A stretch of 64,000 bases of DNA, taken from NCBI GenBank assembly GCA_002633005.1, contig NMRA01000350.1, positions 418,839-482,838 on the forward strand, read 5' to 3'. Under the pieces are notes generated by a model. The model ran no database searches. It worked only from the letters and a program-made list of their open reading frames with translations, and was not told where the DNA came from. Below are positions 37,577 through 49,860 of this stretch, one piece after another (position 1 is the first letter of the stretch; each line of letters begins with the position of its first letter). The stretch is from Phoronis australis (taxonomy: Eukaryota > Animalia > Phoronida). Both the position numbers and the translations under genes were made by a program.

Positions 37577-40500
37577 GCAATTGACATTCAAGCTCTTAGT
37601 CAACTTCCTGTTCGTTAACCCTTGCCCTTGCCAAGATCCTCTTCAGAATCTTCCACGAGATGGCTCTGTTGTACAAAATCCCCTGTACATTGTAGCAAGT
37701 CTTTAAGCTTCAACTACTTATTTTTAGCCCAAGTTATATTAATCTACTTATTCAACGATTGACTAATAAAAACTACTTGTTTTGTTCATGTTCAATCATA
37801 TCGTTGGCTGTTACGATTTGTTCTCAGAAATTTCTAGAATCTCTAGAGTACTTTGCCCCAGAACCAAAGTTGTAAACACCATCTAAAAATACATTTTGAC
37901 GTTAAAATAAATGTCATCATGTTTGACCCCATGATTTAAAAGTACATATGCACAAATTTCGGCCAAATTCAAATGGATCTATTGTTACTGATTACTCAGT
38001 AATCAAGATTTATTCTGACAAGGTGGTTCAGTCAAGAGTTTTTTATATAAAAGTACACTTATAATCGAATCACTGCATGTGCCTGTATGCGAGATGTCTG
38101 TATGGAATAATCTTGTGGAGAAACGCATATTTCCGCGTAGATGTATAGGCACATAAGCTTATTTGCGGAGTTATACGAGAGAGATAATACATGTACCATT
38201 GCCTAGGGCTCTGCTGCAAACCGCGATATTTTTAAGGTACACATGTAACCTGCTTGGGAGTATTTCCGTTACACAACAACACATAAGCATTGTAAGATAT
38301 TGCGACTTTCGTTACTAGTATGATTCTCAAAATCCCGATGAACGTCATATGATGTACAAAATATTTTCTTGTAAAGCAACATGTACATTGTACAGGCCCA
38401 ATGCAACTAGAGATTAGAGTACTATTTGAAAATACAGCTGTAGAATACATCGTGATTAGACGGTTTTCATGAAAGTAGAAGACATTTATTAACACCATCT
38501 TCCAGTTGCTGCCAATGAGAAAGCAATTCGATGTTTTCGCCCGATGTGTCGAAAAGAAACTAGGTCATGTCACGTGTGCATAATGTGTCTAATGTTCAAC
38601 TTGGGGAAGGAACGCAACTGAGACGGCTTCTGCATGATGGGACAGTTTGTTCAGTTGGCAACGCATCAAATAAGACGATTTCATTAGTTCACAAACCAGG
38701 AATCACTGAGGAGCCCCACGCTAGTAGCCTTTCTGTGTTTTTGGTTTTATTTGTATTTGTCTGTTTTTGTTACTAGATCGTATTATGATGTTGTACCATA
38801 GGAATTATCTCTTGTAATTTTAATACATGTACCTACTAGTAATCATCCTATATATATTGTCAATCTGTCGGCATATAATGTTATCGATTTAGGGGCCGTA
38901 GTTGTATCACTTTTTGTTCCATCACTTAAAAGACGAAATAAACAATTTTCTAGTTCCCTATGCATAATGAAAATGGCTGTGCCCCAGTACAAACTTTCAC
39001 ATCACCTATAATCGGTGCTGCTTTAGGAATAGAAACAAGTATATGTTTATGGTACAGGAGCCTCTTCAAACCGCTGTGACCTCTGGGCCCCAAAAAGCAC
39101 GGGGACCGTAGCATAATATGCTACTTCTGTAACGTTCTTATTCCCTGCGCTGCCTAGATGTCTTCTAAAGATCGTAGGGACAACCAGAGTATGCCACATG
39201 TCCTGTGCACCAAAAATCAATAGAGACGTTTAGATTGAACAAGAGACACCAGTGGCCGTTAATGGTCTTTAAATGAGGACAGGTTACTCATTGAGAATAC
39301 GTTTCAAAATATTACCTACAAACTGCATGTACATGTATGATTTCTGCGGTAATTTCCATGTATATCGCGATTGTGTTAATTTGAGTGTGCTTTCTGCTCT
39401 TAGATATAACTTGTCCACGACTGAACATGAGTAACTGTCTCTCAGTGAGTTCTTTTCTAAATTATCATATTCAAATGTACCAAGAATCCTCAAGAGAGGC
39501 CTTAACAGTTTTGTGGCATCTCCTTTTACAACCGTTGCATTCGTTTACTGATCAGTCGCTTACAGCTGTTCCGGAAAAGAGCCAAACACAATATACCTAA
39601 GACACTCCTGAGTTCAGCCATAAACAAAATGGTTAAAACTTGGTGTATTAATAAAAAAACAATTTATTTGGATTCCCGAGAGACCATTATTGTTTTCGCA
39701 TCGCACTTCATTTTTCGCCTCCGTTGTCATTCGGAGAGAGTACACACTTTAGGTGTTTAGCAGAACAGCTACCGCTTAATCCAAAAATGTTTACATGTTG
39801 GGGGTTGGTAATTTACATGTATATGAGCATGGCAGTTAACCCAAATGTTAACCAGGACTTTAAACAAGAAGAATCACGCTTCTACGGAATATTCCTTAAC
39901 AACTTCAGAAGTATACATAGTTCTTGTTAAAGATATTAATTGTGCGAGAATTGTTCTCGCTCAGTTAGTAAATGTTGATGCAAGGCGGGTCCATTGTCAA
40001 TTGTTGTTGACATCGCCCGGGTTTTCGGGAAGAGTTCATGTAAGTAACTGGACATTTAATCAGACAAGTGTGTATTCATCAAAGACAATCACGGACATTC
40101 CTCCATGAGGTAACTCACTACCGACATCAGTTGATGGTGGTGTCAATCACGATGAAGCCATTTCACATGGTCATGCCTGAGAACAGGAATTGCATACTCA
40201 GCTTGCTGGACCATGGAAAATCCTCCAAAGTGGTAATGAATATAGTGTAACTCACAAATTCGCATTATTTTTGAAAAAAAAAATATTACGTTATTTTCTA
40301 AATATTAATTTCTGGAAACGTACCATGTTCCATTACATTTCGAGCGTTGATCGACACACACGGGCCGAAACATATAGATAGAGCCCAATAGGGAATGCAT
40401 TTCAGATTAGCCATGCGTATGCGACCTTCCCTTCTTCGCCACGTCCACCTTTCACAACTCTACTCCGAGATCTGCTTTTTGCCTACCAAACATCGGACCG

Positions 40501-40752
40501 ACAACTTTTATTAGGAAACATTTACCAAAATTCCCGGTTTAGGACGTAGACCATATTTATTATTACAAAGCGAATTCTGCAGCAGATTAACAGAATTGGC
40601 GACGTAATTCGTGATGTACGTGGTTTGTCTAGTACACGTTTGGTGTAGCAACTAACGGACTAATAGAATCAAGTGTCAACTTGAAAAAATCCATTCACAA
40701 TTGATATGTTTGCTTGAACAAGACGCATATACCGTTTCTAATTTTCAGTCTT

Positions 40753-42120
40753 CACGGGTGAGAAACAACATGACCGCCGGTCCTCTAAACAGGACCTCCG
40801 GAGATCAAATGAGACCGCCGCACCAGAAAATGGGACTGGCGCACCTAAAAACATGACCCCCACCACAAAACAGGACCGCCGGAGACTAAAACCGCAATGA
40901 CTAACAGGCTAAGACTAATTACCGTTAGGCCTACACAGATCATACAATGGGGCTATATACGTATGCATATGCATGCAGGTCTAGTGCCGATTAATCCACC
41001 AAAATCTTTTGTGCGCAACAGAAGACACTTCGCTGTGTAATACGCGGCGCTTTTGAGTTTTACTCATCGCTCCCGGCTGCGGTATGTGACTTACAAACAG
41101 TTGAAAGGTCAATATTTAATAAATCGAACACAAAACAACCACGCTGTACGCTTTTGAGCTAAATAATTATAATTTCATCCACTGCGTAAGTTTTAGAACA
41201 AAGTGAAAATCATTTTCTCCAATTTGACGTTTAAAGTTAGTCAAGTAAATAAAACGGGCGTTCTGTTTCTCGGGTGAAGCATCATCATACTAGCTGCCTT
41301 TGTGCAGCAATGCTGTATACTAAATATACAGCTTTGCGCCGATGTGGGTAAAAAACTGAACACGTAAAATCTTCACCCGGCGAATTTGTGTTATTAACGA
41401 CCCTCTACCTTGAGTAAACTAAATCATTTCATCGGCGCTCGAGAAAAATTGTCGTTCTGTCGTTATTATGCGTTCACTTAAGTTGGCTTACATTGGCCGG
41501 TTCCTTTTCTCCCCGATTCTTCAGTCAACTGTTCTTCTACAAGGTTGCGTACCTGGCACAACAAATTATCGAAACTGGTTTCATTTCGTCATAAGTTTTT
41601 AGTATTTTAATACCAGCAAACCGAATTTCAGAACAAATCTTGTTGCCGCGAAGTTGTCATCATCTTCTGAAAGATGTCGCAATTTTTTCTGAGGAAATGG
41701 CGCTTGCACATGTCACGAGCGCGACAGACTTATTGTTACAATAGTTCATAGATTGTTTTTACTCAAGCGGTTGCAACCTGCAAGGTGAGTGTTGGTTGAC
41801 GCCTAGATTTTGCATGTGCCTGCGCCGGTCGCGCGCTCTACTACATGTTGATGTAAGTTTCATTAGCAGAACTACCCGGGCTGTGGGAAATTTCGGGGAT
41901 GTTACGCTATAAGCTGTCAACTTTTATTTTGGCGATAGTCTTTACACAGCTATCGGACCGGTTCCGTCATAACCCGCAGTATCACACAAAGGCCTTAACT
42001 ACTCAGTCCCCGGCGGTCCTGTTTTGTGGTGCGGCGGTCATGTTTTTAGGTGCGTCAGTCCTGGTTTAGGTGAGTCGGTTCGATTTAGAGGACCGGCGGT
42101 CATGTTGTTTCTCACCCGTC
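40753..42120. mobile_element. 1.37-kb non-autonomous Transib-like DNA transposon
   Basis: 36-bp perfect TIR ACGGGTGAGAAACAACATGACCGCCGGTCCTCTAAA with CAC left end (right end GTC, one mismatch). 5-bp TSD GTCTT at 40748-40752 and 42121-42125. The paralogous site near 26580 has a single GTCTT. Confidence 0.85.
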
Positions 42121-43144
42121 GTCTTGTTACAAGGTATTCTTCACAATAGTACGTGGTAAGTATGGTTTATCTTGCGGCAAACAGTTGTAACCACAGATGA
42201 TAAGGAGAATGGGAACAACTTTGGTCACTTACAAAAACTATTACAATCAGGTATTTGTGCAGACTTAAACTTAAACTAGGTTGTTTATGACGTAACACAC
42301 CGGTTTGTTATTTGTCTCGGACAGGGTGTGTGCTGTCATACTTTGTGACCAAGTGTCATAAAGCTCTGGACCCAAAGATCTCAGTGCAGTTGTTGTAATG
42401 CAGTGAGAGATAAAAGGACCCCAAAAACGGCAGAAGTATCTCGTGGGAAATCATGGTAAGACCAGCCTTGGCCACCTAATAGCCCACATTATTCGTGTTC
42501 TATGGAAGTGACAATTAAGTCTTCGCAGGCATATAAAATATTCAGTTCTAATTTCAGAGGTGATCATTAAGTTTACCGGTACATTTGCTCATATTACTTC
42601 ACCAATCAATTTTCATGAACACGTCAAACCTTCCGTTCTGTTTGCCAGGGTATAGGGGAGTTGAATGGGACCTTTGCAAAGGCTTTTGCTGAAGAGTAAG
42701 TGTGTTGCCATTTTTGTTAAAGCCTCATTTCACAATATTGACATCTTTTGACAGAAACGTCGCCGGACGATTTGTGATTATAATGAAGACACCTAATTCT
42801 GGGTAAAATGCCAAGCAAAGGCACGAGGTAAGTTTACATGCCAATTCCCTAGCCTCACGTACAGTTTCATGCGAAAGCGCCTTTTAGCTTTCTAAAGCAT
42901 CCTTTGATAGCGTGATTATGGAACTGCTATGCCTTGGTAGAAGTTTTCATTCACCCAGTACTGAGTTTACTGATATATTTGATCAAAATTAAACGTGAGG
43001 TCTAGAATCCTGATGACATAGATGACCTTCCAATTGGCTAACTTGCCGGTGGAGCAGTGGGAATATAGTGACTTTCGAACGGGAAGATCCTGCAATCGAA
43101 TCACGATGAGGTTTCAAGAAATTTACAAAACAGCTAGCGTAACC

Positions 43145-45130
43145 ATAGCACTAATAAAGTGTCTGAGATATGTACAGTAGGTATTGTTTAACTTACGAGA
43201 TCCCTGCGACCGGTGCAAGCGCTTCTCACTGGTTTGATCGCCTTCCATTGTTTTTCTTTGTTGTGTCTTTGTTGGATATAACAATACAGGTCGCAGGGCT
43301 ATCGTCATGGCGCACGTCAGCCCGCGATTACAGACAAATGCTTGTCATCATCTTTATGATAATAAAGAAAAGCAAACGCAACAATGAATACGCGGTTATC
43401 TACCGATCTCTATTCAACGAGCTTGCGACCTAATTTCCGTAAAGAACTTCATATGGAGAACTCTTGACTCCAAAGTATTGACTGAAGGTAATACCGGTTA
43501 AACTTACGTAACCAGTCCGACTCATGTTTCAGCACTTTGGGTCTCAATATTTCTCCAGATGTTTTTACGATCACTCATTGAACTAAATGGATGAAACAAG
43601 TTGTCCGTAATCTATCATCAAGATGGATTTCCCTGTTTTGGAGAATTGCCATTATGATCATCAAGAGTCGTCGATTTAGTATTAGTATTAGTATTAATAT
43701 TATCTTTTTGACGTGTTTCCAGTCAACAGTATCAATGACCGGTATAAGACGCCAGGGGCGCCAATACCAGCAGTGGTAGGCCTACCTTCCAATTTGACTT
43801 GCCATTAAGCAATGATGCCAGAAACGGATGATAAAAAATTAGTACAACGCCTTCGGAGTGTTAACGTGCTCCCACCTCTTGCATCGAGAGAGCTATGGGA
43901 GAAATTGTGGGTTGGCACCGTCGCTCCAACGAACGGCAGACTTTGTCAATAGATCGGAATGAACAGTTAAATTGCATGTTAGTCCAAAACACAAAAGAAG
44001 GAGTGCATCGAATATATCGCAGATACAAGGGATGATTACCAAACATACCCACTAAAGGGAGCATAGCTAGTAAATGTACAATAGCCTGTAGGGGTTGCAT
44101 AGCTATGTTCTCCTAAATAGGAACAGACCTGCCGAGACATGTTCTCCCCAGTAAGAAAACATACTAATTTTCGTAAAGATTCTTGAAGTGACTGGGCCTC
44201 TTAAGAGATGGACGCCAAAAAACGGCCACTAGGAGGGGCACACTATGTCAAATCTGTTTGAAAACGGAAAGGTGTCGTCGCTTTTTTAATAGGAGGCTAT
44301 TTGCCAGATTTCATAAAAAAGTCAAAAACTCTAAAAATCCAGAGTAAAAGGGTAAAAGGCAGAATTGCCACTAGATGTCACAGCGGTAGTTTGGTCTGTC
44401 CGAGAGTCGTCATCAGTAGTTGTCACGAATTACTACAAAAACACATGCCAAATTTAACCTGACAAAGATCCTGCAGAGGGTTTAGGAAACAAAGCCACGG
44501 GCACAAAAGAAGTGCCACTAGAAGGGGGCCAACTAAGAGTTATCGCCAACCGACCTTTTCCCTGTGGGAGCATATAATGTGCCAAGTTTCATAATCATTC
44601 TTAGAGTGCTTTGGATGATAGAAATGCAGACGCCAAAAACAGACTCAAGCACAATAAAAATGGCCACTAGGAGGCGGGCACAACAGGAAGATATTAATAG
44701 ATGGCAATTCACAAAAAATATCGGCCAAGGAACTTCAAAGATACAGAAGAAAACGGAAAAATTGAAATTGCCGATGGACGGCACAACGGTTGTCGGATCC
44801 GTCCGAAAGAGGTTATCGTCCGTTGTCCACTTGACTTATGTAAATGCACTTGCCAAAGTTAATAAAGACACGGCAGAAGGTTTAGGAGATACAGCTGTTG
44901 ACGTAAAAAATACAACCAGGAGCCGCCACAGTTGTTGGAGCCTTTCAAAAATCATCGTCAGCCGTTGTCTTCACAGCAGGAACATATATACCAATTTTTG
45001 CAATCGTCCTTAGAGTAGTTTGGCAGATAGAGGGACAAACGCCAAAAAGACTCACAAACTGTTAAAATGATTACTTGGTGTCGCCAAATATATCGTATCC
45101 ATTTAAAAACGGTAGGGTGGCATTATCTCA
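43145..45130 (+). pseudogene. Second, 5'-truncated copy of the decayed GPCR
   Basis: Homologous to 29135-30860; TM3-like EICTVGIV*LTRSLRPVQALLTGLIAFHCFSLLC, helix-8-like ASRELWEKLW, ~400-bp tail repeats. Confidence 0.5.
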
Positions 45131-45299
45131 ATAATTGATACCTATTTACTGAAAATCCTATAAGATTATGCATGGCTCTGCCGGGAGAAATTCCCATTTT
45201 GGCCAACTGAGGAATATCGTATCTCAGAAATGGCTAATTGGATTTACATGAAACTAGATACATATAGGTTATACAACGTATGTGTTTGTACATATAGAT

Positions 45300-47270
45300 T
45301 ATTACATGGTGAAGTCGTTATCCCCCGTTATCTAGAGCCCGAGTGGATTTTGGAGAATTATCGCCCGAGGGGCGTTAGCCCCGAGGGTGATAATTCTACA
45401 AAAACCAATTGGAAATTAAAACAAAATAGAAATGAAGTGAATCTCTAAATTAAGGTTAAGCAACTATTATAGCTTAAAACACGTTTTTTACACGCTAAGC
45501 TTCGACCGGGAAATTATCGTCTGCTAAAGTAGGTTACCACTGGTAACTGAATATAATTCTCAAGTCAAAGATCCTGACGACACGATACCCGCATTCAAAC
45601 TGGAGATCGGTGATTTACAAGTAAGAGGACATGAGAGAAAAATTTCACTGAATTAAGATATCATTTTTATNGGAGGCATGCTTTGTAATGCATATTGCTT
45701 TCCTAATCCCAAATATATTGTGGCATGTTCGGGACTTTTTGTGATTTAAGTGTTCTACCCAGGTACAAAATTTCACGGTATATTAAGAAACATTGGCAAC
45801 GATAGTTTTATTTCACTTTTTTTGTTTAGTTTCCAGTACTCATATCATAGTATTGGTATCAAAAAACATTACGCACGGAGCTGAACCCAAAGTGGTGCTT
45901 TAAATATTATCATGTTTCTATCAATTGTAGTGTATTGTGTGGTCAGGAGAGAAGTTTGGGGAGAAAAAAAGCATTAGTACTCAACGCGTGTTTAATAAGG
46001 AAAACCCATATTCAACCGCGTCGAATACGGAAAAGTAATTCTTCCATACCAAATCTTACAACACAACCCGTATTTCATGTCCATACTATCACGCGTATGG
46101 GATAAATATAATCATGTTTGTACTACTTGTAGTGTATTGTGTGCACAGGAGGAAATTTTGGCGAGAATGGAAACATCCGTATTTAACGCTCGTTGAATAC
46201 GGAAAATTTATATTCAACGCGTGTTGAATATGGAAAAGTAGTTCTTCCATATCAAACATCAAAATACTACCCGTATTTCATGGCCATACAATCACGCTTA
46301 TAGGATAATATGTTTTATACATTGCTCTCCAAAATAATGTTAGGAACTGCTTTTAAAGTGTTCCACTTTTGCACGAGGAAATAAAAAATAGGACTTTATG
46401 GTTTTTGTAAAAAAATTCAAAGTTGCATAAAACGAAAACGAAACGAAAAATACACAAAAAGTACAGAGAGTGGCGTACATGAAGTAATATCACACGAGAC
46501 ATTCCGCGTATCGATCGAGACCGAAGGTCGAGGTCCATACGTGGAATAAGTTCGAGAGGGATATTACTTCATGTACGCCAATATCGAGGTACGTTTTGTA
46601 TTTATCCCAAGCGCTTCGAATCCCTAAGTTTCTTGCATTTTTTCTGCAGATTTTTCAAATACTTCATCCAGACTGTTCACGTGGCGTATCACATCCTATA
46701 TGTACATTGTATGTACTTGCGCGTTAGGTTGCAAGTTTTCTCTTGTAAAAGAAACAGTTTTAAAAGCAACGATTTATTTCTTGAAAAGAGGTAGCAAAGA
46801 TGAAAACAACTGCAACTGAGCAGTGAACTTATAACATCTGGAAATAGTTAAAAACAACAATATTTGATATTTTAATTTCCTAGGAATCGGCGTCTGAATT
46901 GCCACTAGATGTCACAGCGGTAGTTTGGTCTGTCCTAGGAATCGGCGCCTGAGTTGCAGACGATATACTATTCAGCAATAGCAAACTGAGACATAAGTCT
47001 CTTATAATTAACAGTTTTGTTCCAGATTTTACGTTTAGGGTTGGTTGCATGTCGAGTGTTAGTTACACTGTTGCAACTGTGTTACTTTAAACTATATTCG
47101 GAAAGTTTGATGATCGAACCGGCTCAGAAGACGTCGAGTCGACATTGATCTACCTTTTGAACTTTCCAGGTCAGAGGTAGCTGTTAAAGTAGTGCGGGAG
47201 GTGAATACGGAAAACTTTATTTCATGGCCGTATTTCCCTCGACAGGTTCAACGCGCGTGGGATAAATTAG
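45300..47270. mobile_element. ~2-kb composite repeat insertion absent from copy A, with hairpin modules and a ~203-bp direct repeat
   Basis: Hairpins at 45344-45397 (AGAATTATC..GATAATTCT) and 46471-46580 (21-bp perfect stem TGGCGTACATGAAGTAATATC); direct repeats starting at 45925 and 46128. Boundaries are approximate. Confidence 0.6.
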
Positions 47271-47484
47271 AAAACTATAACAACGTTTCTTGAACGTTTA
47301 TATCATACTGTTGTTATTAATATATCGACTGGCATTGCTGTCATGGTAAAATAATGCATATAATTTATCCTGCAGGCAGGTGCAAGGATACAAATCATCA
47401 TATCGGATACGCAGGTGACAAATGGACGATTTCTTCTGTCATGGTGAAAGAATTAAAATCTGAACTTATGAACTTGACGTAAAA

Positions 47485-48603
47485 ATGTTAAGAGGAAATG
47501 GTATATTTACGATTAAGGACGTCTTTGACATGCCTACATGGGCGCAAGTGTTGTTTTATCTAGGATATAGCACTGTTATTGTCATCGGACTGCTCGGAAA
47601 CTTTTCTGTCATAGCAATTGTGATTAAGAATGTAAAGCTGAGAACTTCAACGAACATTCTCGTTTGCAACCTTTGTGCTGTCAACATAGTCATGTGCTTT
47701 CCAACATTTGTGTTTGTGCATAAGTTTGTAACGCTGGAAAGAGGATATATTGATGTTAAAATATTGACTGGACTACAGATTGTGTCATTTATAGCCGGCA
47801 TCGTCTCAACGTGGACGTCTACAGCCATATCCGTTCTTCGTCGTCGAGGCTTTGTGAGTATGCGGAGATTCAAAGCATCAAAATTGGCCACAGCAGCAGT
47901 TTTGGCAGCCATTTGGATATTTGCTATTTCAGTGATATGTGCGCCAATTATTTCTGGATTAGCTGATGTGCATTTTTTGCATATCAGAAATGACACTACC
48001 CCCTCAGCGAACACGAGTGATCTTACTGGTGGCAAACGGACAAGCTATAGGATATATGTCATCGCTGTGCTCGCGACGCAGACGGTTCTCCCTGCCGCCA
48101 TCATGTGCTTGAATTATTCCAAAGTAAGTTGGACATTAAGAAATCATCTAAAAAATGTTAAAGGATCCAAAACTCGGGATATGGAAATGAAAGATTTTAA
48201 CCAATACCGGAAGATGAATCTCATGCTGGTCTTGATTGTGGCATCGTTCATCTCATGTTATCTTCCACTGTCTCTGTTCTTTGTGGTCAGAGAATTTGCC
48301 TCGCTAGATATATCAAGGGAAACAAGTTTGAAACTGGAATTTTGTTTGTCTCACTTGAGCCTTCTTTCTAGTGCTTGCAATCCAGTGTTATACGGATTTA
48401 TGAACACGACTATACGTCAGAAGATAACGATAGTGTGGAAACAGATCGTCGATCTGGTTTGTCAGAAGAAATCATCGGTTCCACCAGAAGTGACCGATCA
48501 ACTATACGTCATAGATGAAAATTCGTCACAAGTAGGAGCTTGTGTGAATGCATACAGTGCAAGGTATAGTCCAGAAGGAGCAATAGAGACGTCATATCTT
48601 TGA
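47485..48603 (+). CDS. Rhodopsin-class 7TM GPCR, paralog 3
   Basis: 372-aa intact ORF; GLLGN, LRTSTNILVCNL, FISCYLP, CNPVLYGFMN. Confidence 0.93.
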   Translation: MLRGNGIFTIKDVFDMPTWAQVLFYLGYSTVIVIGLLGNFSVIAIVIKNVKLRTSTNILVCNLCAVNIVMCFPTFVFVHKFVTLERGYIDVKILTGLQIVSFIAGIVSTWTSTAISVLRRRGFVSMRRFKASKLATAAVLAAIWIFAISVICAPIISGLADVHFLHIRNDTTPSANTSDLTGGKRTSYRIYVIAVLATQTVLPAAIMCLNYSKVSWTLRNHLKNVKGSKTRDMEMKDFNQYRKMNLMLVLIVASFISCYLPLSLFFVVREFASLDISRETSLKLEFCLSHLSLLSSACNPVLYGFMNTTIRQKITIVWKQIVDLVCQKKSSVPPEVTDQLYVIDENSSQVGACVNAYSARYSPEGAIETSYL

Positions 48604-49824
48604 TGGGTACTTAGACACTCGTTCTTCACACGGCGTTTCAGCAGCAAGCTTTCACAAGAACCACAACCTTTTTTGTGATACACGTTCTTGGTGTTCGTGA
48701 TACTCTGTACCTTAAGTGAGTTCGCTGATGGACTGCGTTTCGTGCGTGAAAAATTTCGCAAGAAAGAAAATTGCAGTGGCATTTGGGATCGACTTAAACA
48801 CAAGATGCAGCAGTTGAAAGAGACGGGCTCATTCTGTTTAGCTCACGAAGACTACAAGTCAGCTGTTCAAAATTCAAAAATCGAGTCAGCGTTTCTTTGC
48901 TCACGGTATTTTTAAAACCTTGGACACCACTCAGTTTTAACAACAGGAATCTCTGAGCCGACTTCTTCAAGCTTAATGGGTGAAAAAGACAGCTGTCCAA
49001 GAATTACTACGAAGGGATTCAGTTGTTAGCATTAGCTCCTATAAAAAGATTGTGCATTTGAAACATTAGGCTACAATTTTATTGAAGTCCAAACCTCGGA
49101 CCACAAACATGATGTTTTTCTAGCCACTGTCTAAATGGGTGGAGATTCTTCTAGTACCAGATTATGCACAAAACTAAAGGTTAGTGCCCATTTGGAACAC
49201 CTCTGGGGTATTTTCGTAGCTACAAATTACCCTCGGAGCATCTGGAACACCTCGGCTATTTTCTTATTTACAAATTTTTCGTGACCTCAAACATTCTCTC
49301 GGAGATGAACGTTATCCAAAATATGGCAGGTCACGTGATTTTCAGTCTTGACAATAATAGGCTAACTGAAGTCCGCACACATGCAGAGAGCGTTCACATT
49401 TTAGGTGAAATATGAGGTTACGAAAACACCCGAGGTGTTCTGGATGCTCTTGGAAGCTAATGTTTTCGAACTTTGGACATTATGGCCAATCATTCTCCAC
49501 TAAGTTTGATAATCACGCTGGTTAAATTCATCTCCAATGAGAAATTTGAGGCCCCGAATATACCCAAGGTAATCTGAATGGCTTAGGACCCTCAAGTTGT
49601 GCGGGGTCCCAGCTCAAAAAGGGAAATGGGGAAGAAAAAATAGTATGTGAACGAGGTGAGGGGTGTAGCTTGAGAATTGTGGCTACCTGGAGGGTCGAAA
49701 ATTGTGGTGTTCTAGGGGGTGAATACTGTATAGGCTGCGAAGTGGTGGAAATTGGGTGCCAGCAGTGTCTACTGTAACACTGTACAGAGACGGATAGGGG
49801 GAAGGTGGGGGGGGGGGGGACACG

Positions 49825-49860
49825 NNNNNNNNNNNNNNNNNNNNNNNNNNNNNNNNNNNN
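49825..49860. other. Assembly gap next to G/C homopolymers
   Basis: Run of N. Confidence 0.99.

Larger units (their letters stand above)
39855..48913 (+). repeat. Tandem segmental duplication, copy B (non-coding block + truncated GPCR pseudogene + GPCR3)
   Basis: Collinear with 25640-32640, plus insertions at 40753-42120 and about 45300-47270; it lacks the counterpart of about 27600-29130. Confidence 0.88.

Noticed and set aside
46878-46957. Repeat-spacer-repeat as a mini-CRISPR
   Set aside because: Only two repeats, the insert overlaps both through microhomology, and its source is local; template switching explains it.
31289-48035. 159-aa minus-strand ORFs at 31289-31768 and 47556-48035
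   Set aside because: Antisense shadows of the paralogous GPCRs.
23809-48603. GPCRs as opsins or vertebrate-type olfactory receptors
   Set aside because: No Schiff-base Lys at the expected TM7 position, and no LHxPMY or MAYDRY motifs.
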